From Vicugna vicugna (taxonomy: Eukaryota), in the NCBI GenBank assembly GCA_013265495.1, contig MU061827.1, positions 1,976,782-2,040,781 of the forward strand: DNA of 64,000 nucleotides. The letters run 5' to 3'. Both the position numbers and the translations under genes were made by a program. Of the stretch, positions 11,031 through 22,260 are shown piece by piece. The notes under the pieces were generated by a model. That model ran no database searches. It worked only from the letters and a program-made list of their open reading frames with translations, and had not been told where the DNA came from. Numbering within the stretch: position 1 is the stretch's first letter; every line of letters begins with the position of its first letter.

Positions 11031-14000
11031 CTCTGCAAGAGCGCCTCCTCCTCCCAGATGTCTTGTGGCCTCATTGTCCCCCCTGAGAGGGTCCTCCTGG
11101 CTCTCGGCCTTCCGGCTTATTACAGAAGAGGCATTGGTTCTTCCCCGCAAGCCCCGAGAGGCTTTGTGAAAGCGAGTGCTGTGGGTGGGAAAGCAGACCG
11201 GAGTGTGTGGGGAGAGAGACTGGGGTGCTACTCGGATGCCTCAACCTTTGAAGTCCAGTTATGTTTGGAAATTCTTGGCTAGTTCTTATCCTGGGAACTG
11301 AATTCATCCTCAGCGTTGGGGAATGGGAAGGGAACACAAAATGTGTGCAGCCTTGTAACTGCTGGACCCTCTGCTCTTATAAAGGGGTGCCTTGTTCAAA
11401 TGCTGGGCCCTGGTGGCTGTGGGAAAGGCTGGCCACCCTCTGGAGTGTGTGGGTTAACCCGCGGCTCCTTTCCAAGCCTCCTCTGCCACTTTCGTGTTGC
11501 TCATTTGTCTGGCCCTCCATCTGCTGGATTTCGGAGGGGCTGTGGTCCCAGTTCTGGTTAGGGATAAATATTTTCTGGGGTGAAGCTTGGAACCAGAAAG
11601 GCTTCCTCTGGATCCCAACACCATCTTGGCCACATATAAGTTCATAATCGTCCGTCAGCACTTGAAACTCAACTCAAAGTAACTTAAAGAAAAACTGTTG
11701 GCCAAGCAACTAAAAATTTTCTGGTCATTCTGGCTTCAGGCTCAGCTGCACCCAGGGCTTGTCATCAGGGCTCTGCTTCGTTCCCTCTGTTTCTGACTTG
11801 GTTTTCCTCTCTGGGGGTTGTATTCTTGGCTGTGCTGTCCCCTTAGGGTGGAAATACTGCAGCCATCAGCTCAGGCTTCTGTTTTCTGGTCTGAAACTCC
11901 AGTGGGAAGAAAGACTCTCCCATGGGAGTCACAGAGTCGAGTCTCATTGGCTCTGACTGGGTCACATGGCCACCCCTGAGCCAATCACAGGGCAGTGCAT
12001 CCACAGGCCTGGCCTGGGTCTCATTCTCACACCTGAAGCTGAGAGTAGCTTTAACTCCATCCAGTTCCCGTGAGCTGAAATGAGGGGAAGGACAGGCCCC
12101 AAGCAAGGTCAGTTTGCTAATTAACTCGCAGACGTGACAGGTGTCCACCGCAGCCTCATCTTGGGGGAGAGGGAACCCTCTGGTCCCGATTATATGATGT
12201 AATCAGCACCCTTGGTTAGGGTTTTCCATCCAGTGCTCGGTAAGAAATGGGACTGACTGCTCTTAGACCCTGATCCGTCCGCCAGCCCTACTTGCATGTA
12301 AGGGTGAGCAGAATGGCTTTTATATGCTTTGGGTTAAAACCTGGGGAAGTTGAGAAAAAGCTGATGAGCCACACAGGCCTTTCCTGGGCTGAGGGAGGGA
12401 TGAGACCAGGAGACCAGTGTCTTCTTCCAAGAGTAGTTCCTTGCCTGTAACAGTCGTACCGTGCTAGCATCTCTGCTCCAGGTGAGGCGCATTTACAGCG
12501 TCGCCGGCACTGTCATTCCAAGTCACGTGTAATTCTGAGACTTCCTTCTGAAGCTGGGCTGTTCTGACTTTCTAGTTTTCCACTCCAGTCCCCTTTCTTT
12601 AAAACAAGTAATTAAGAGGTGGCTTTTGCAAATCTCATACTGGGTAGAATCCAGAGGGAGGTTACCAGAACTAGCCAACAATCTTCCCATTAGTTCTTCT
12701 ACGCACACCTGTGGTGCAGGTGGTGGTGTCTGGTCCTCTCTTCCAGATTGCTCCAGAAAGGACCCCGGGGCCCTGTTCTCAAAGCCCATCTCCTCTTTAG
12801 CTTGACCTCTGGTTACTCAGCAAGACCTGGGGCTCTGAGCCTGGCAGGAGAAGCAGCTGGAATCAGGGAACCAGGGAGGGAGGGAGAAATCAGGATCTCC
12901 TGTCCACAGGGTGCAGGTGGCCAGTCCCACAGCTGTCCCGGCCTTCTAGGGGATAAGTGGACGGTCACACTAGCAGCCCAGACAGGGCGCTGGTCGCCTT
13001 TGTCCACCTCAGCCGCCGACCAGGCGCTGCATCAGTGCAGCCACGAGCTCAGGGCCTGGGGCAGGGACGGGTCTTCGCTGGGGACCCGGGCAAGGGAATG
13101 GTGGTTCTTAAGACAGCTCCACGCCTGTCTCTCTCTCCATCCTTCACTCTCCGGCAGCCATCTGGGTCTAGCTGGTCCCTTCATCCTTGCTTTTGTGGAG
13201 TATTAGTCACACAGCCTCTTGAGTGCCTCTCACGGCCGTTCTCCAGCTCAGCTCCCTGCCTTTGACTGCTTTTCCCACCGCCCGGGAAGTAAGCAGTAAC
13301 TGCCATGGAGGTTCGAGAGGGCTTCACCGTCTTGGAGCACTTGAATTAGTGTATCTTCACCCTGATGGAGATTCAGAGCTGGGACAGTTAGCCCCATTTC
13401 TCAGATGAGGAACCTGGGGCCCAGAGAAATCCATTGCCTTCATTGAGCTCATGCTGCCGAGAAGGATCAGAGTCAGACTGGAAGCCCTGCCTTTTGTCTG
13501 CCGCCCGCCCCACCCCGTGCTTGCCCCAGCTGTCTCGTTCGGCCTTCCCGCCCCCTTTCGCTCACCCCACTTCCCGAGTCATCAGCTCTGGGCTGACTGC
13601 CCAGTTCCCTTATCTCTCAAATGCACCACCAGCCAGAGACACCAGAGTCTGCATTTCTGGGCTGAACTGGTCCAGGGAACCAGAAACTCTTGCCACTGTC
13701 AAAGCAGCATGCCCAGACGTTCCAAGAATAGCTTGTGATTGAGCAGCTGCTGGCCGGGGAGTCTGGGTTGGCACTGCCCGGGAGGGTCACGAGGGAGCGC
13801 CTGAGTGACTCCAGCCTCGTCCCCAGTGGACACCAGGCACCAGCGCCCCCTTTGTGTGGCCTCCGGCTCTCAGTCTTGGTCGCAGGCACGCACACACAGC
13901 TGCTCGCTGCTGAGCAGGGGCGGGGGCCGCCCAGGGGGGCAGGAAGCTGGCAGTGGGCGCAGAGGCACAGCCAGGGAAGCTGCGATCAGAACAGCTGGCC

Positions 14001-15212
14001 TTACACACCAGAAAAGGTTGGCCTTGAAGCAGGCGGCCACCCAGGTATCCAACAGTAGTGACAACGGTGCGTCCTGTCCCTGTCCTCCTACCCACCGCCC
14101 TCCTTGCTGCAGCCCAGAAATAGCTTCCTCACAGCCGCCCATTACACTGCCTGAAATGTCACTGTCAGAACCTCATTCGGTTTGAGTCTTACAGAAAGAA
14201 TTGTCGCAGGGAGGGGTGGGGGAGGGGGGAGTTTAAAGCTACATCGTATCCAGGACATAACTTTTGGCCAAAACAAGGTAGTCTTTTTGTCATGGAAGTG
14301 GCAGTCCCTCTGAAGGAGGCAGCTTCTACAGTGAGGCACCTGGGATAGGGAGAGAAGGGGGCAGGCTGTTCGGTGAGAGACAAAGAAAAACTCGGCCGGA
14401 ACCCCCTAGGTGCCCCAGGGCCCCTGTGCGTCAGTCTCGCCCCTGATCAGGCCCCAAATGAGGACCAGCATTTCCTAGTGGGCAAACATCCGTCCGGGCA
14501 AAATACCCACCCCACATGTGGGACCACCCCCAACCAGTGACTCTGTCTTTGGGGGCTCCCTGTTACGTATGCTGAGAGAGGAGTCCTGGTGAAGGTGGGT
14601 GCAGAACTGTGTGGTTTAAGAGCCCCTCGAAAGCTACTGGTACCAACTAGCCTGGCCCCTGGGGATTGGGCCCATTTACTACAAGGTAGCCCCCTTTTTT
14701 CATTGTCCCCATGAGAAGCCAGCCAGGTGTTTCTGCCAGGATGCCAACTTCCAGCTACTCTGTGAAGTTGCATCGAGGGTGATCCAAACAGAGAATCTTC
14801 AAACCTCATTTGAGATAATGATACTTTCCCCACCAACCTCTTAAAAAAAAAAAAATCAGAGCCGTTCAAAATAAGGTCTCAAGGCTTGGTTGGCGTTTCT
14901 TCTTCACTTTCCTTGCCCAGACAAGGAACCGGTGAGCACTGACTGTCAGCTCTGACCTACCCAGGCAGGTGATCACGCAGGCTCTCTCCTGCCCCACCCA
15001 CCCGGCTGCCTCACCTTCTCTCCTGGGTCTCCCCTGGCCGCCTTCAGGGCGCAGAGCCTGCAGCTCAGGGCAGCTGGGGGAGACTTGCTGGAAGACACCC
15101 AAGCTCGTCACCACCAACCCCCACCACAGGTGTTGACTTTCCCTTTCCCGCACCCAGGCCTGTGTTTCCAGCCCTCGAGGTCCCCTGTCTAACCTAGGTG
15201 GTCATCACATGC

Positions 15213-15677
15213 TGTATACATCTGCTAGGGCTGCGGGACCACAAATGGAGTTTGCTTAAACAATGGAAAAGCATTGTCTCACAGTTCTGGGAGCTAGAAG
15301 TCCAAGATCAAGGCGTCAGCAGGGTCGATTCTTTTTGAGAGCCGTGAGGGGGAATCTGTTCCCTGCCTCTCTCTCAGCTTCTCGTGGTTTGCTGGCCATC
15401 TTTGGCCTTTGCTCACGTATGGAAGCATCACCCCAGTCTTTGCCTCCATCTTCACTTGGCCTTCTTCCTATACGCATGTCTGTGTCCAAATTTCCCCTTT
15501 TATAAGGACACCAGTCGCACTGGATGAGGACCATCGTACTCCAGTATGATCTCACCAAAACTAGTCACATCTACAAGGATTCTATTTCTAAATAAGGTCA
15601 CTTTCTGAGGTACTGGGGGTTAGGACTTCAAAATATGAACGGGAAAGGGTTGCAGTGGTATAGTTCCACCCATAGCA
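15213..15677 (-). mobile_element. MaLR solo LTR (MLT1C-like)
   Basis: TG...CA ends; tctcacagttctgggagctagaagtccaagatcaagg and tttataaggacaccagtc signatures. Confidence 0.85.
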
Positions 15678-17831
15678 TAAACCATACGCAAACCCTTCAG
15701 CNNNNNNNNNNNNNNNNNNNNNNNNNNNNNNNNNNNNNNNNNNNNNNNNNNNNNNNNNNNNNNNNNNNNNNNNNNNNNNNNNNNNNNNNNNNNNNNNNNN
15801 NNNNNNNNNNNNNNNNNNNNNNNNNNNNNNNNNNNNNNNNNNNNNNNNNNNNNNNNNNNNNNNNNGTAGGCACTATGATTTTCTGGTTTTCTTTTGAGCT
15901 GTGCCTTTGGAATGTCTGCTGCGGCTACTGCTGGGGCTGGCCTGTCTCCTCTGGCCACGTTAGCTGCATGGCCATCACCTGCGTGTCCCCATTTGAAGTG
16001 GGTGTTGCGTGTGATTTCAGACGTGCCACTCATGACGCTCGATCGGCACGAGTGAAGCCCGGAATTCTCGGCTCTGTCACCGATAATTCTTTTTGTCTTT
16101 TCTGTTTCCATTCTAAAACCACCTTGTCCATGATCCAGTAAAGAAGGTCCTTTAAGTGACGGGTCAGTAATCAACGCCCACCACGACCCACCCCTTGAGT
16201 GACACTAACGCTGTGTTTTCGATCTTCACGCCCTGGCTTTCTAAACCGCTTTGTTTTGCCGAGCCATCATCAGTGAGCCATTTGATCTTGTTTTTTTTAA
16301 AAAAAAAAAAATGAAAAACAGAGGAGGGGACCTTCATCTTGATTCTCTCAGTGTCCCCTTGGACAGGGAGTGGCAAGTGGCTTTCCTGCTTGAATCAGGT
16401 AGACGTGAAATGTAACAGTGATGGGTGCCGCTGTATTTTTGGCCAGCTTATTGCTTTGATTACACTATTAAAAGTGCTCACAAATAACCCAGGATGAAGA
16501 AATCATGCCTTCACTTGCTAGTACACATACTGGCTGTAGGGAGAATTTCCAGGCCAATTTGGTGTGCCCCACCTTTACAACGAAAGACCACTTTATTCCT
16601 GGTGGGAACCTACTGTAGGATCCAGTAACCACAGAACAGGAAAATCATTTTCACCTAGATGTGATTGAAACCACAGGCTATAGCACTAAGGGGAAAAAAT
16701 AGAAAAAGCTAATAGGTGAACAGACAGAGGGAACTAAAAATAGTTGATCTGAAGCTTTGATTTCTTAGTGGTTCATTCCTATCCCTGCCCCTGGAGAACA
16801 TAACAGAGCGACGGTATCTCTTACCAAGTTCAAAAACCAAAATTCAAGAGTAAGGGAACTTGGTGAGAATAGAAGGAACCTTTAGGGGCTGGGAGCATGG
16901 AAGGACATTTGGCAGCTCAGAAAGGGTTTCGAGGGGAAATACTCAAAATGGGCCAGCTCAGGTGTACTGGCTGGGGTCCTAGTCTCTGTTCAGGTAGAGT
17001 TAAAGCCGACCTCGTTTTAAATGGACCACTTTGTAAGCTTTTTGCCTCTGATTTCTGCCTTTATCTTTTAGGCATCAGATGGTTCACTCTGACTGATCAG
17101 TGATCAAGTCACATCTGTCTTAAAAAGACCCGTTGGTCCATTTTAACTGTTGCTATGTAGTTACTGTGGTAACTTCTCCAGGCTTTCACTATTAAATCAG
17201 TTTTTGTCATCAATTTTGATGTTTCTCAAAATTCATTCACATACTACACTCACAGTGTTCATCTAATCAGAGAACCATGTGTACCCTTAATACATATCTT
17301 AACTGTCCTATTTTTTAACTGTCCACTTCTCACTTCATTCTTAGCAGCAGTAATCTCCATGAAGTTTGGGCTTTGATATGTACTTAGCTGGTTTCCCGAT
17401 TCATATTAAATAAATACATAATTACTTAAATTTAAAACATTCGTCTCTTTACATCAGAATCATCTTACGCTCCATGTGGCTTTCGAGTATTACTTTTTCT
17501 GCATCACTAGGGTAAAGTGACTCATGATTTATGTTTCCCAGTAGCTTTTTATTTCCACTCATAATGAGAAGAAATCCCCAGCAGTGCTTAATGCGGGAGA
17601 TGGATGCATCACACATCACATACGTGTGCACCCTGACCGCACCGTGCCACCTCCAAGGTCCCATGGCAGTGACGTGCAGAATCCCCTGCTGCTTTCTGGA
17701 ATAACTCTTCCATTCACACCTTGAGTTGATTTGCTCCCTTCACGTTTGCCGCTGTATGTCCCTGGCATTGCAAAAACCGTGAAGCGCACGGCCAAGGGCA
17801 GGCTCTCATTTCTTTCCTTCTCTTCCAAAAG

Positions 17832-17976
17832 GTTTAGCTTCTTCTCCCGAGATAAGAAGCGTCTGGTCAGCACACAGAGAAACGTGCATATCCACGAGTC
17901 CTTTGGCCAGTGGGCCAACTCCCACCGAGACGACGGTTACACGGAGCAAGGACAGGAGGCCCTGCAGCACCTGTGA
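17832..17976 (+). CDS. RILPL1: RILPL1 terminal coding exon (exon 7)
   Basis: Pyrimidine tract then aaAAG acceptor; 145 bp to TGA; FSFFSRDKKRLVSTQRNVHIHESFGQWANSHRDDGYTEQGQEALQHL*. The four exons sum to 633 bp, in frame. Confidence 0.95.
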
Positions 17977-20455
17977 CCGTGGCCCACCTCTGTCCTCGGA
18001 CCTGAAGTGCCCACTGCCAGCGCCTGCAATGGAACCTGGCCGCCCCAGGTGTCACAACCTGGTACACCTCTTGGTTCAGATGTACCCTCAAAACTGATCC
18101 CTCAAACAAACTGTCTGCTTTGAGGAAGCACGTTGAAAAACTGATGCCAAACTCTAAAGAAACGTTTATTTATACCCAGGGCTATCACTGTTTCTAATAG
18201 ACGACTCTGATCCCTTAGGATATATATTTAATAATACCACGAGTGGAGGTCGACTTTTGCATTAACTTCAGTAACACAAGCTTCGCCAGATACATCACTT
18301 GCCACTATAATTGCTGTTTGACTTGCTTTGTATGAAATTCTGTGTGTAGAGGTTTTATGATCACGTTTGTCACACTTAGGTGGGAGGCAGGGAAGTGGTA
18401 GGTTTTCATTAGTTACGTTCATAAAATTGTCATGGTGGTAGCATTATGTACAGGACGTGTCAACTACACAAGCAGGGCCTCGGAAGTCACAGGACGAGGT
18501 GGCCCAGCTCAGACACAAAGCAACGGAAAATGGGGGTGACAGTCCTCCCACCCAGAAACTGGAGACAGCTTTGCAAGAGCCCGTGGTTTTCCATTGCACC
18601 TTGTTACTGACAATGCCTAGAGCATGTAGCAATGTTTAAGGCGAGTGCCTTGGAATCTGCTGTGAGTTATGCAGTACTAACCAAACAAAGTTGCTAAGGA
18701 CGAGATCGTGCAACGTTTCTTGTGTGGATTTTTTCCCCCTGGCATATTTCTTTCTAGCATTCGCTACGTCCAATACTTAGTCCCCTGCAAAGAAGACAGA
18801 TGTCCCAAGGCAGGTGGGGAATGGGGTGCGGAACCCCAGGGGATACCGGATGGTGGGTGGGGCAGACTTGCCAAAAGCAAGGGCGGTGGGTGAAAAGACG
18901 GCTTGGGGACCGCGTGTCTGGCTGAGTCGTGGGGCTGCGGGAGCAGGCGGAGAGCCAGGTGCCCCGTCTGCAACTGGCAAGTTGGGAGTTTGCCCAAGTA
19001 TTGCTTTCTGTCCGCCCACGGGGCACCCACGGTGCAAGGCCGAGCGCTCACAGATTGAGAGAGGTATCCGTTCCTAACAGAGCGCTCAAGTACGTCTGAC
19101 AGGGCTGCTGTCTACACATCCTGCTGTGGTTTGCTAAGAAACCATCAGGTGGACTGTTCCCAGATCGCTGAGAAAAAACAATCAGAAGGGATAACGTTGG
19201 TTTAGAGCAGGGGTTCTCCAACCTGACTGCCCGTTAGAATTATCAGAGCTTATTCTCAGAGAACATAGAAGCATGTATACTGAGGAATCCCCCTGCCCCA
19301 GTCACTTTTCCGTGCCCTTCCCAGGGGTGACCAGTGTTGGTAGCTTCTTGGGTGTCTTTCCTGAAATAGTTTATAAATATACATGCAAATTATTTTTAAA
19401 AAACACATATATTTCCATTCCCTTTTTACATAATTGGCAGTATATTATACACTTGCTATCTGTACCTTTCCTTAGAACACCCTGGACATGCCCCCACATC
19501 AGTATAAAAGACCGTGGGGCTCACGATTGGCCCCCAGGGACACCTGGCACTCTCTGGAGACATTTTTGGTTGTCACCTCTGGTGGGGAGGGTACCACTGC
19601 CATCCAGGGGGCAGACCCCAGGGATGCTGCCACATTCCCTACAGTGCACAGGACAACCCCCAGTGACAGAGAATTACCCAGCCCCAGATGCCAACAGCGC
19701 CAAGACTGGGGAATCCTGGTCGACTATACAGAGGGTAATTTGTTCCCGTCTGTCCAGGCCCCACCAGTGGACAAGTAGCTTCCTTCTGATCTAAAACAGC
19801 ACCGCACACTTTCACACATTGTGTCGGTCTGCAGAATAAACCTGAAGCAGAATTGCTGGGTCGGAGGGTGTCCGCCTTTGCCGTGTTGAAGGCTTCCGTT
19901 GCAGCCCCTGCCAAGGGGGTTCTACTGGGTTTTTTTAGTTACTAGGGCAGATTCAAGACTAAGCCCAAATGTCCACGGGTGGGGTCTGAGTGTGGCACTC
20001 AGGGTTGACAACCGCCGGCTTAGACTATGTAAACATTGCCCTGGATGCGTCTCTTCTGAAGCTCTCTCAACACAGGCTTCCCTGATGTGGAGCACTCTTG
20101 TGTAGCTCACACACCTACCAACGCCAGCCCACGTCACACTCCGTAAGTGAAATGTGGGTGAGACCAGAAAGCTGTTCCTGCAAGACTTGGGAGGTAATAA
20201 AATTCTGCCCTGGAAATTTACAAAGGGAAGAGCATATTTTTCTAAAAACCATTCTAATGGCAATTTTAATACTAATAGTTAGGTTCCCTACGTTCAATAG
20301 GAGCCATACTGCTAATGCAAAAACCTAGTAATGAATGTGCGAGTCCTGACACTAAATCAGACATTTATTTTGCATGAGACATCATGAATTTTAAGAACAT
20401 GAACTTTCAAAGAGACAGCCGTGGATAAAATAAAAATGTTAAATGTCACTTTTCT
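17977..20455 (+). other. RILPL1: RILPL1 3' UTR with probable poly(A) signal AATAAA at 20429-20434 (second AATAAA at 19835-19840)
   Basis: Hexamers are seen in sequence; about 2.5 kb agrees with my recollection of the human last exon. The cleavage site is inferred. Confidence 0.6.
19512..19718 (+). mobile_element. MER20 hAT element inside the RILPL1 3' UTR
   Basis: cccccagggacacctggcactctctggagacatttttggttgtcac...ggatgctgccaca...gaattacccagcc. Confidence 0.8.
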
Positions 20456-21361
20456 GAAGATCATGTGAACAGTATGGTACTTACTCAAAGCCCTCAGAAG
20501 CTAAGGTCGATATTTCCAGCTCTCAGAGGTCACCAGGTGATCAAGCGGGAAAAAAGGAAATCAACCCATCAGAACTAGGTAAGAACCTTTCACTGATTTC
20601 ATCTTCATTCCACTCTCGTTTCTTTTGAGCGTTCCCTCTTCCAAGGGCTGGAAGACTGTCACAAACCACAGTAGCCCCAAAGCCCTGTAGCTCTGGTTTT
20701 TCATTTTAAATGTCAGCCATTCCGCCAAAATAGGAAAAGGGGAAGAAAAAGCAGTCAGCATTTGGCTGGAGAATGGAGTTACATATTTGTTCAAGAGAAG
20801 CTCGTGGCTGACCCAGATCACTGCTAAGAAGCCTCTGGACATTCTCCCTGGATTCACTTTTCTACCCCATTTTTATTTCAATGCAGCAAACCCTTGCATC
20901 ATGGATGTAAAGATGGAAAAGACACAACTTAGATTCGGACCAGATTCGGGTTCCAGGAGTCACAGGACCAACACAAATGATTTTCAGTCATCACCTCTTT
21001 TTGCCAAGCCCTCATAATGGTCATTTCCAATAGATGGCAGAAAATCAAAACAAATTCTCTAGTGCCAAATTAACTGGTGGCTCCTTCCACAGGCCCTTCT
21101 GCACAGATGCTGGTGACTACAAAATGCATATCAAATAACATGTCCTTAAAACTATAACATGAAGGAGAGAAATTCAAAATGTCTGCGTGCTCGCCTTGAA
21201 CCTGGGTTCCAGAGTCGAAAGGAAACGTATCCCAGCCCCACTGTCATCAGTAAGTTTCATTCGTCCACTGGACTTGGACTTCGTCCGCCAGCCCTGCAGA
21301 CCCCCCTGCACCGTTACTGACGCCGTGGCTCCGCTGGGGTTCCTGTGGGGGAGGGGAGCCT

Positions 21362-22102
21362 CTACTTACTTCTGTCCCTCTTCTCCCTCCCCTTGACCCT
21401 GTCATCTCTGAAGTCCCTCTCTCTCTCCCAGTCACCTTCAGGCCACACCCTGCTTGGTTCTCTTTCCTGCCATCTCTTCTCCCGGCCCCGGTCATGGTCT
21501 CGATCCCTCATCCTGGAGTCCCAGTGTCTTTCCCGGGATCGGGAGCGCTCCCTCCTCTCCCTCTTTCCCTCTCTGTACTGGTCGTTCTTCACAACGGGCA
21601 AATTAATGGGTTTTCGGAAAGGCCGATCCCGCCCCCCAAATCTCAGTTGCCCAGATTCCTTTTTTCCCCCCAGGCCTCCTCCAAGTCGCCGAGGAATCCA
21701 CCCTTTGAGAGTTCTTTCCAGTTCGTAGTCCACAAATATCTCGTGCTGGTCGATGACCAGGCCGTCCGCGTCCCGGTAAGCTTTGAGCAGAGAACGCTCC
21801 TCTTTGTATTCAATGAAGGCATAGCCCTTTGAAAAGCCCGTGACCAAGTCCCTCACCAGCCGAAGCCGCCGGATGTCCCCATAGCGGGAAAACACTTCCT
21901 TTAACTTCTCCTCTTTGGTCTGCAGGTTCAGTCTGGCCACAAACAGGGTGAGGAGGGGGTCTCCGGTGACGCCTCTGTTGGGGGCGTAGCGTGCCAGCAT
22001 GGCCCTCCAGACCGCGCGGTCGTGTGGGTCTTCGTCGGTGCCATCGATGCTGCCAGCTTTAAGCGGGTCATACTCCTTGGCGATGGGCACCCAGTCATTC
22101 AT
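21362..22102 (-). CDS. SNRNP35: U11/U12 snRNP 35 kDa protein, 246 aa, whole CDS in one exon
   Basis: ORF MNDWVPIAKEYDPLKAGSIDG...; RRM with RNP2 LFVARL and RNP1 KGYAFIEY; R/E/D/S-rich C-terminus; acceptor cctcctTAG|AAC ATG puts the exon start at 22105. Confidence 0.98.
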   Translation of the reverse strand: MNDWVPIAKEYDPLKAGSIDGTDEDPHDRAVWRAMLARYAPNRGVTGDPLLTLFVARLNLQTKEEKLKEVFSRYGDIRRLRLVRDLVTGFSKGYAFIEYKEERSLLKAYRDADGLVIDQHEIFVDYELERTLKGWIPRRLGGGLGGKKESGQLRFGGRDRPFRKPINLPVVKNDQYREGKRERRERSRSRERHWDSRMRDRDHDRGREKRWQEREPSRVWPEGDWERERDFRDDRVKGREKRDRSK

Positions 22103-22119
22103 GTTCTAAGGAGGATCAC

Positions 22120-22260
22120 AGCGAACATTTATGTAGCACCTACTACGAGCTATGGCTTTAATCCCTGCAACAACCCTGGGAGGTAGATAGATCATTCACC
22201 TCTTCCTCCATAGGGAGGGAAGCAAATTCTCAGAGGCTGGGGCCCCCCAGCTAGAAAGCC
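22120..22260 (-). mobile_element. MIR abutting the SNRNP35 acceptor
   Basis: catttatgtagcacctact...tttaatccctgcaacaaccctgggaggtag. Confidence 0.55.
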
